Part shown: piece by piece, positions 56,873-64,000 of the stretch
How the letters are laid out: every line of letters begins with the position of its first letter
Numbering within the stretch: the stretch's first letter is position 1
DNA from: Thermoplasmata archaeon
Lineage (GTDB): Archaea > Thermoplasmatota > Thermoplasmata > Lutacidiplasmatales > UBA184
NCBI GenBank assembly: GCA_052325545.1
Contig: JBKQUP010000034.1
Span: 33,450 to 97,449 of the forward strand
Length of the DNA stretch: 64,000 nt
Direction of reading: 5' to 3'
The notes under the pieces: generated by a model
What the model was told of the DNA's origin: nothing
Databases searched by the model: none
The model's input: the letters and a program-made list of their open reading frames with translations, nothing else
Translations under genes and position numbers: made by a program

Positions 56873-58099
56873 TCAGCGACTGGACGAGATCTCGCCTCCG
56901 GGTGGGCGAATCGGGACGGACCCGTTCGGAGAACGTGAGCTCAGCGCGCCGAGGTAGCTCACGGCATACAGGGAGAGCAGCGGAAGGATTAGGATGAGGT
57001 CTACTGGGTTCCGGATCAGGTACGTCGAGATGACGATCGTCGCGCCCAGTACGACGGCGCGTCCCACCCCGAGATAGAACTCCCGGTCCGCCCAGACCCG
57101 TACCCGGTCCAGGTCGCCCGTTCGATCGATCCGGTCCATGAAGTCGACCGTCACCATATTGCTGAGCGGCGTCGAGAGGAGCGTGTAGATGCCGACGAAC
57201 GCGAACGCGTCGAGCGGAGGGTCCCACCGCACCAGGAGGAGAACGGAAGAGGCGATGATCGCCAGGACCGCAACGAGCGGGAATCGACCCTCCCGACGGA
57301 ACCCGTTGCGCCACCAGACGTTGGCGACGACCGAGACGAGGATCGTGTAGCTGGCGAAGAACCCGGTCACCACGTAGCTTCCCGTGACCTCGAAAACGTA
57401 GATCGGGAGGATGATCCCGACGGGGATCACGAACAGCTGGGAGACCGCGAAGTATATCCGGAACCTCGCGAACTCCCTCCCCGGACGTCGACGAGCCGTC
57501 TCGTTCGGGTCCCGCATCGGACGGTCGGTCTCGCCCCGGGTTCGCAGGATCACGACGGCCGACACGACGAGCAGCACGGCCGTGATGGCGAAGTCCCAAA
57601 GGTACCGGAGCACCCCGCTGAAGTCGGAGAACTGGATCAGGGCCCCGGCCGAGACCGGCGCGACGAGGGTCACGACCCCGCTCAGGAAGCCGTTCGTCGC
57701 CACGAAGGGGGTGCGGTCGGCGCGGCGGGTAATGTCGTGCATCATGGGGTTGTTCCCGGCCCAGAACACCCCCATCGCGGCCCCCCACAGGACGCCGAAG
57801 AAGAACGCGTTCGAGACGATCTGGCTCGCGGCAAGCAGGTCGACCAGGACGAACGCCGACAACGCGACTCCGAGCACGTAGAGGTGCTTCGGCCGCCACC
57901 TCGGGAGGAGGTAGCTCGACAGGAGGTAGGCCGTCAGCTCGGTCGCGTAAGTGGCGATCTGGAAGTAGAGGACGGCGAGGAAGCTATAGTTCGAAAGGAA
58001 GAACAGGTTGAGGAAGACCCCCACGAGGCCGGTGGCGAACGCGTAGAGGTTGTAGGAGAGGAAGTAGGACCCTACGGTCCCCATCCGGCGCGCGACCAT
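56873..58099 (-). CDS. MFS-type transporter
   Basis: About 12 hydrophobic helices in two halves separated by a central charged loop. Confidence 0.82.
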   Translation of the reverse strand: MVARRMGTVGSYFLSYNLYAFATGLVGVFLNLFFLSNYSFLAVLYFQIATYATELTAYLLSSYLLPRWRPKHLYVLGVALSAFVLVDLLAASQIVSNAFFFGVLWGAAMGVFWAGNNPMMHDITRRADRTPFVATNGFLSGVVTLVAPVSAGALIQFSDFSGVLRYLWDFAITAVLLVVSAVVILRTRGETDRPMRDPNETARRRPGREFARFRIYFAVSQLFVIPVGIILPIYVFEVTGSYVVTGFFASYTILVSVVANVWWRNGFRREGRFPLVAVLAIIASSVLLLVRWDPPLDAFAFVGIYTLLSTPLSNMVTVDFMDRIDRTGDLDRVRVWADREFYLGVGRAVVLGATIVISTYLIRNPVDLILILPLLSLYAVSYLGALSSRSPNGSVPIRPPGGEISSSR

Positions 58100-58245
58100 G
58101 CTACGCGTCCCCTCGTCCGGTTCAGCCGAAAAAGATGGTGGTCCGGTCGGCTACGGCGTGGGAGGATTCATGACCGTCGGGCGTCGTCGTGCGGTTCCGC
58201 CGACTACGGGAAAGGGGACTGCGCCCGGCGCGCGGGCCTGGTTCC

Positions 58246-59040
58246 TCAGCTCCGGGCCAGACCGGCGCGGTCGATCTCGGCCTTAATCCGCGACGCGGCC
58301 TCGTCCGGGGTTACGGTGACCGTTTCGCGACGGCGACCGGCCTTCCTGACTTCCCGTAGCCCGGCCACCGCCGTAGGGGAGCCCTTGAGCCCCAGGTACT
58401 GCGGGTCGCCGCCCAGCTCCTTCTCGTTCCAGACCTGCACCTTCGCGCTCTGGGCGAACGCCCACCGGTCGTAGTCGATGAACCGGGGTTCGTTGGAGCC
58501 GACGACCATGGAGATGACCGCGGGGACCGAAAGCTCGACGGTCTCCTTCCCGTCCTCGAGGACCCGCGTCGCGTGGACGGTCCCGTGCTTTCCCGCGACG
58601 AGACGCTCCACGTACGTCGCCTGGGACGCGTTGAGCCATTCGGCGATGCTGGGGGGGACCTGGCTCGTCCCGCCGTCCGACGACTCCTCTCCGCAGAGGA
58701 CCAGGTCGACCTTGCCGATCTTCCGGATACCGGCCGCGAGCGTGTAGGAGGTGGCGAGAGTATCCGCTCCGCCGAAAGTCCGGTCGCTCAGCAGGATCGC
58801 CTCGTCCGCGCCGACGGCGAGGGCCACCCGCAGGTACGGCTCGAACGGGGGAGGTCCCATCGAGAGGACGGTCACCTTGCCGCCGTGGGCGTCGCGGAAG
58901 GCGAGCGCGGTCTCGAGGGCGTTCATGTCCGAGGAGTTGATTACCGACCGGGCCCCGGCGCGGTCGAGCATCTTCGTCGCGAGGTCGACCTTGACCTCCT
59001 CGGGCCGGGGAACGACCTTCATGCAGACGACAATGTGCAT
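58246..59040 (-). CDS. etfB: Electron transfer flavoprotein beta subunit
   Basis: IVVCMKVVP, SMGPP, GADTLAT, DGGTSQV and GLKGSPT. Confidence 0.95.
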   Translation of the reverse strand: MHIVVCMKVVPRPEEVKVDLATKMLDRAGARSVINSSDMNALETALAFRDAHGGKVTVLSMGPPPFEPYLRVALAVGADEAILLSDRTFGGADTLATSYTLAAGIRKIGKVDLVLCGEESSDGGTSQVPPSIAEWLNASQATYVERLVAGKHGTVHATRVLEDGKETVELSVPAVISMVVGSNEPRFIDYDRWAFAQSAKVQVWNEKELGGDPQYLGLKGSPTAVAGLREVRKAGRRRETVTVTPDEAASRIKAEIDRAGLARS

Positions 59041-59042
59041 CG

Positions 59043-60023
59043 TCAGGCCTCCCCGAGCGACCGGAGCAACGATTCGACGACGGGACCGAGGTCCCCCACG
59101 ATGCCGAGGTCGGCGTGCTCGAAGATCGGAGCCTGGGGGTCCCGGTTCACCGCGACCACCGTTCCCGCTCCCTCGATGCCGACGGTGAACTGCACCGCGC
59201 CGCTGACGCCGAGCACGAGGACGAGCTTCGGCCGCGTGATGACCCCCGTCTGACCGATCATCCGGTCCCGGTCGACCCACCCGGCGTCCGTGGCCACGCG
59301 CGTCGCGCCGACCTCGCCGCCGAGGAGGCGCGCCAGCTCCTCGATCCGGGAGAAGTTCCCGTCCGTTCCCCGTCCGCCGACGACGATGACGTCGGCCCGG
59401 GTAAGGTCGATGGAGGACCCCTTCGGCTCGAAGGAGACCCGACGCGAGCCCAGGTCCTCCTCCGAGAGGTCGACCTTCACGGTCTCCACGTCCCCGACGG
59501 AGGGCCCTTCGGGCGGCGCCTCGAAGACCCCGGGCCGGACCGTGACCATCTGGGGCCGCTTCTCGGGGCAGGTGATCCCGGCCTCGATCCCCCCGCCGAA
59601 CCCGGGCACCCAGCCGACGAGCTGACCGCTTCCATCGAGCTCGAGCGACGTGACGTGTGCGGTGAGGCCGGTGCGCAGCCGCACGGCCAGCCTCCCGGCG
59701 AGGTCCTGGCCGTTCCTCGTCGCGCCGAGGAGGAGCGTCGAGGGATGGGCCTTCTGGATGGCGGTGCCGATCGCTTTCGTGTAGGCCTTCCCGTCGTGAC
59801 GGGTCAGCAGCGGGTGGACGAGTTCGAGAACGTGGTCCGGACCGTATCGACGGAGCTCGGCCGCCGCTCCGCCGTCGTTCCCCACGGTCACGGCCGTCAG
59901 CTCGACGGAGAGCTGGCGCGAGAGCTCCTTCGCCTTCCCGAGGATCTCGAGGCTCACCGGGGTGAACGACGACCCCCGCCGCTCGGCGTAGACCCAGAGG
60001 CCGTCCTTGTCCTTGGCCCCCAT
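59043..60023 (-). CDS. etfA: Electron transfer flavoprotein alpha subunit
   Basis: RPQMVTVRP, IGQTG, GVSGAVQF and NRDPQAPIF. Confidence 0.95.
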   Translation of the reverse strand: MGAKDKDGLWVYAERRGSSFTPVSLEILGKAKELSRQLSVELTAVTVGNDGGAAAELRRYGPDHVLELVHPLLTRHDGKAYTKAIGTAIQKAHPSTLLLGATRNGQDLAGRLAVRLRTGLTAHVTSLELDGSGQLVGWVPGFGGGIEAGITCPEKRPQMVTVRPGVFEAPPEGPSVGDVETVKVDLSEEDLGSRRVSFEPKGSSIDLTRADVIVVGGRGTDGNFSRIEELARLLGGEVGATRVATDAGWVDRDRMIGQTGVITRPKLVLVLGVSGAVQFTVGIEGAGTVVAVNRDPQAPIFEHADLGIVGDLGPVVESLLRSLGEA

Positions 60024-60027
60024 GGTA

Positions 60028-61152
60028 TCAAGCCTTCGCGCGTCGGGCGATCAGTTCGGCCACGTCCGTGACGGGGATCGTCTCGGAACCCCGCTCGGAC
60101 TCGAAGACGCTGATGCAGTACGGGCATGCCGTCGCGAGCAGCTCCGCGCCGGTCCCCGCGGCCTCGTGGACGCGCCGGGACCCCGGCCGTTCGACCGGGG
60201 CGGTCTCCATCCACATCCGTCCCCCGCCCCCCCCACAGCAGAGCGCTTGGGCGCGGCTGTTCCCCATCTCGACCACCTTGAGCCCCGAGAGCTCGAGCAG
60301 CCGGCGGGGGGACTCGTAGACCCCGTTGTGGCGCCCGAGGTAGCACGGGTCGTGATAGGTGACCGTGCCCTTCGCAGAGTCTTTCCCGAGCTTCCCGGAG
60401 TCGAGGAGCTCCTCGATCGCCTGGGTGTAGTGGACCACCTGCGGCCCGCCGTTCGCCGCCTGCCCCGCCTTCAAGGCATCAAAGGAGTGCGGCGAGATCG
60501 CGATCACTCGCTCGACCCCCCGCTTCCGGAACGACTCCGTGTTCCGTTGCTGGAGGTCCTGGAACAGTGCGTCGTGCCCGACCGACCGGGCCGCCTCGCC
60601 GCAACAGACCTCCTCGTTGCCCATGACCTGGTACTCGACGCCCGCGAGGTTCAGGAGCGCGGCGACCGAGCGGGCGATGCGCTGGGCCCGCGGGTCGTAG
60701 GAGGCCGCGCAGCCGACGTAGAGGAGCGTGGAGCCCTTTCCGGGGACCTTCACGTCCTGCAACCAGGAGGCGCGATCCTTCGGCGGGAGGTGGAAGGTGT
60801 TCCCGTCGGAGTACATACCCCACAGGAGCGTCGGGAGCCCCTTGGGCACGTCCCGGGTGTGCCACTGGCGGCCTCGGAGCCCTCGAATGAGGCTGACGAT
60901 GTCGACGCCCCGCGGGCAGGAGGCGTTGCACTCCGCGCACGTCATGCACTTCCAGAGGAACGCGTCGGTCTCTCCGAACTGAGCCTCGCGGACCAGTTGG
61001 CGGACCCGCAGCGGGGTGGTCTCGGCGAGGGGGCACGCCGCGGTGCAGGTGCCGCACTGGAAGCAGAGGTTCGCGTTGGTCGTGGCCGCGAGGGCCTCCC
61101 AGGCGTCGTCGTCGAAGCGGACCGGGGGAAGGTTCTCGGAGGATTGGGCCAT
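60028..61152 (-). CDS. HdrD-like Fe-S oxidoreductase (ferredoxin plus two CCG domains)
   Basis: CFQCGTCTAACP, CMTCAECNASCP, CCGE, YHDPC and CCGGGGG. Confidence 0.92.
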   Translation of the reverse strand: MAQSSENLPPVRFDDDAWEALAATTNANLCFQCGTCTAACPLAETTPLRVRQLVREAQFGETDAFLWKCMTCAECNASCPRGVDIVSLIRGLRGRQWHTRDVPKGLPTLLWGMYSDGNTFHLPPKDRASWLQDVKVPGKGSTLLYVGCAASYDPRAQRIARSVAALLNLAGVEYQVMGNEEVCCGEAARSVGHDALFQDLQQRNTESFRKRGVERVIAISPHSFDALKAGQAANGGPQVVHYTQAIEELLDSGKLGKDSAKGTVTYHDPCYLGRHNGVYESPRRLLELSGLKVVEMGNSRAQALCCGGGGGRMWMETAPVERPGSRRVHEAAGTGAELLATACPYCISVFESERGSETIPVTDVAELIARRAKA

Positions 61153-61171
61153 GGTACCTACCCCACCTCCC

Positions 61172-64000
61172 TCAGCTGGCCCCTACCACCGGGGCCGCCG
61201 GCGGCGACGTGACGTTCTCCCGCGACGCGTTGTAGCGGTCGAGGACCTTCGCCATCTCGCGGACCTTGCGCGCGAACTCCTTTCCCTCCGCGGCCGAGAT
61301 CCACTCGAGCTGGAACCGCTCGGGGACGATCCCCTTGCGCTCCAGCATCCGGGACCAGGTCTTGAACCGCTTCTCGGTCCACGAGTTGGCGTTGATGTAG
61401 TGACAGTCCCCGGGATGGCAGCCGGTCAACAGGACGGCGCCGGCGCCCTTCTCGAACGCGTGCTTGACGAAGTCCTCCGAGACGCGGCCGGAGCACATCG
61501 TGCGCACGGTGCGCGCGACGGCCGGGTACTGGATCTTCTCGATCCCGGCCTGGTCCGCCCCGGCGTAGCTGCACCAGTTGCACGCGAAGACCACTACCTT
61601 GTGCTGGGGGTCGTCCTCGAGGGCGGCGTCGACCTGCGCCAGGATCTGGTCGTCGGTGAACCCGGGGTTCGTGATGGCGTCGCGGTAACAGTCCGCGCCG
61701 CAGGTCCCGCACCCCATGCATGCCGCTCCGACCACCCGGACCTTCTTCTTGCCGTCCACGACGATCGGTTCGATCGCCCCGTACGGGCAGACCGGCACGC
61801 ACCGGCCGCAGCCGTTGCACCGCTCGGAGTCGACGAGCGCGATGAGCGGTTCCTTCTCGATAATCTCGTGCGAGAGGAGGCCGCTCGCTTTCGCCGCCGT
61901 CGCCATGCCCTGGGCGATCGCCTCGGTCACGTCCTTGGGACCCTGGGCGCTGCCGCACAGGAAGATCCCGGCGCTGGCCGCCTCGACCGGCCCGAGCTTC
62001 GGGTGGCGCTCGAGGAGGAAACCGGCGGAGTCGCGCGAGACCTTGAGCATCTGGGAGAGCTCTGGCTCGGTCGGTTCGATCGCGCTCATCAGGACCAAGA
62101 GGTCCGTGGGCAGCTCTACCTCCCTTCCCAGGAGCTCGTCATGGAAGACCACGCATCCGTCCCGAATGTGGAGCGCGCTCTCGGGCATCGTGTCCGGATA
62201 CTGGAAGAACGCGACCCCCGCCTGGGCGGCCTCCCGGTAGAGGTCCTCGGCGCCACGGGCGTAGGCGCGCATGTCCCGGTAGAGGACCCGCACCTTCTTG
62301 CCCATCCGCCGTAGCCGCAGGGCCTGGCCGACCATCGAGCCGCAGCAGTACCGGGAACACTCGAGCTTCCCGTTCCTCGAACCGACGCAGCCCACGAACG
62401 TGACCCGTTCCCCGGGCACGTGGCCCTCGCGGATCATCTCGTGCAGCCGCTCGTTGGTGATGCTGAGAGGCGCATTCGCGCTCGCGAGCGGGCCTTCGGA
62501 GGCCGCCTGGGTCGAGGTCTTGCCGCCCGTGGCGAGGATCACGGTCCCGACGTCGATGACCTCCCCGGTGGACAGGTGGGCCCGGAACTCGCCCACGTGG
62601 CCCTCGATCTGGGCGACGACCGAGGAGAGGTGCACGCGGGCCCCGGACGACTCCACCTCATGGACCATCGCCTCGAGCAACGGGCCGGCCTCGACGCCGG
62701 ACGGGTCGATGTGGGACATGAAGCGCAGGGCTCCGCCGAGCCGGTCGCTCTTCTCGACGAGATGGACCTCGTAGCCCATCCGGGCCAGGCTGGAGGCCGA
62801 GGACATACCCGCTGGCCCGCCGCCAATCACGAGGGCCGCACGTACGACGGTCTGTTCCAGAGGGATCAATGGCTTGAGGCGAACGGCCTTTTCGACGCCC
62901 ATCCGGAGGAGGTCCTCGGCCTTGGACGTGGCCTGCTCCTTCTCGTTCTTGTGAACCCAGGAGTCCATGTTCCGGACGTTGGCCATCTCGAGGAGGTACG
63001 GATTGAGACCCGCGCGCAGGCAGACGCGCTTGAACGTTCCCTCGTGGGTCTTGGGGGAGCAGGCGGCCACCACGAGGCGGTTGAGCTTGAGGTCGACGAT
63101 CTTCTTCGCCATGTCCGCCTGCGTGTTCGCGGCGCAGGCGAATCGGACCTCCTCCGCGTGCACGACGTGCGGCAGCGACGCCGCGTACAACGCCGTCTTC
63201 GGCACGTTCACGGTCCCGGCGATGTTGCTCCCGCAGTCGCAGAGGAAGACTCCCACGCGGGCCTCGCCGTCGGTCGGGAGCGGCGCCCCGATCTCCGGCT
63301 TCGCCCAGGCGCGCTCGTTTGCCCGCTCCATCGACCGCGCCGCCGCGGCGCCGCCTTCGACCACACTGTCCGGGATGTCCTTCGGCCCGGCCGCGCTGCC
63401 GGCCACGAAGATGCCGGGCGGCGCGCCCTCCCCGGTCATGAAGCCGTCCGTCCCGGTCTTCAGGCCGAGGACCTGGGCCAGCTCCTTGAGGCCCTGGGGG
63501 GGCTTCGCGCCCGTGGCGAGCACGACGAGGTCGGCGCCGACCTCTTGAAAATCACCGGTGACGGTGTCCGCGATGCGGATCTTGAGCTCCTCCCCATCGA
63601 ACCGGACGCGGGAGGGCCGACCGTGGACGAACCGGACCCCCAGGTCCTTGGCCCGCTGGTAGAAGCCGTCGAACCCCTTGCCGTAGCTGCGGATGTCCAT
63701 GTAGAGGATCGACACGTCCTCGACGCCGTGGTCGCGCGCCTGGACGGCCTCCTTGATGGAGTACATGCAACAGAACCGGGAGCATTGCGGGATGTTCCGG
63801 ACGTCCCGGGACCCCGCGCACAGGACGAAGACCACGCGCTTCGCGTGCCGCCCGTCGGAGGGGCAGATGATCTCCCCGCCGCTCGGCCCTGCAGAGGAGA
63901 GCAGCCGCTCGAGCTCCATCGAGGTGAGGATGTCCGGGTGCGTCCCGTACCCGTACTCGGGCAGGAGATGGGGGTCGAGGAGCTCGAACCCGGCCGATAC
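61172..64000 (-). CDS. hdrA: HdrA-MvhD fusion protein, 5' end outside window
   Basis: Frame open to window edge; two HdrA modules (CSRFCC, CSRYCC), ferredoxin, and C-terminal ACNWCSY/MCSGRV/GCHPGDCHY MvhD domain. Confidence 0.93.
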   Translation of the reverse strand, partial: VSAGFELLDPHLLPEYGYGTHPDILTSMELERLLSSAGPSGGEIICPSDGRHAKRVVFVLCAGSRDVRNIPQCSRFCCMYSIKEAVQARDHGVEDVSILYMDIRSYGKGFDGFYQRAKDLGVRFVHGRPSRVRFDGEELKIRIADTVTGDFQEVGADLVVLATGAKPPQGLKELAQVLGLKTGTDGFMTGEGAPPGIFVAGSAAGPKDIPDSVVEGGAAAARSMERANERAWAKPEIGAPLPTDGEARVGVFLCDCGSNIAGTVNVPKTALYAASLPHVVHAEEVRFACAANTQADMAKKIVDLKLNRLVVAACSPKTHEGTFKRVCLRAGLNPYLLEMANVRNMDSWVHKNEKEQATSKAEDLLRMGVEKAVRLKPLIPLEQTVVRAALVIGGGPAGMSSASSLARMGYEVHLVEKSDRLGGALRFMSHIDPSGVEAGPLLEAMVHEVESSGARVHLSSVVAQIEGHVGEFRAHLSTGEVIDVGTVILATGGKTSTQAASEGPLASANAPLSITNERLHEMIREGHVPGERVTFVGCVGSRNGKLECSRYCCGSMVGQALRLRRMGKKVRVLYRDMRAYARGAEDLYREAAQAGVAFFQYPDTMPESALHIRDGCVVFHDELLGREVELPTDLLVLMSAIEPTEPELSQMLKVSRDSAGFLLERHPKLGPVEAASAGIFLCGSAQGPKDVTEAIAQGMATAAKASGLLSHEIIEKEPLIALVDSERCNGCGRCVPVCPYGAIEPIVVDGKKKVRVVGAACMGCGTCGADCYRDAITNPGFTDDQILAQVDAALEDDPQHKVVVFACNWCSYAGADQAGIEKIQYPAVARTVRTMCSGRVSEDFVKHAFEKGAGAVLLTGCHPGDCHYINANSWTEKRFKTWSRMLERKGIVPERFQLEWISAAEGKEFARKVREMAKVLDRYNASRENVTSPPAAPVVGAS

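Noticed and set aside
47769-64000. Methanogenesis inferred from hdr/mvhD genes
   Set aside because: No mcr, mtr or mvhAG in the window; Hdr-like genes are widespread in non-methanogens

Overview
High-GC archaeal chromosome segment, probably Thermoplasmata (inferred from eS1/rps3ae, rpoK, intron-containing tRNAs, a stand-alone 5S rRNA, split transketolase plus transaldolase, and translin/DUF357). Bases 1-34 kb are mostly core genes: four tRNAs, 5S rRNA, heme O synthase, pentose-phosphate genes, an MvaD-family decarboxylase, pyrH, adk, a type IV pilus-like locus with two ATPases, an orphan DNA methyltransferase and an AAA+/vWA pair. Directly after the intron-containing tRNA-Met(CAT), an accessory tract runs from about 34.3 to 45.9 kb. 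It carries unrelated small cargo genes: a hydrolase, DUF1801, DUF4242, an ars operon, an ICL/PEP mutase, DedA, a Rieske protein, a thioredoxin-like protein and a frameshifted oxidoreductase. Many spacers in this tract hold co-oriented, imperfectly palindromic ~40-bp sites built from the tRNA-Met T-arm and 3' end, and no integrase is visible. This candidate tRNA-anchored, integron-like cassette array is the most interesting feature. The right third holds two heterodisulfide-reductase-like loci (DsrE/ArsR/TusA/MvhD/HdrA/HdrA/HdrC/HdrB, and HdrA-MvhD/HdrD/EtfAB), an AAA-TPR protein and an MFS transporter. All calls come from motif recognition by eye; no searches were run.
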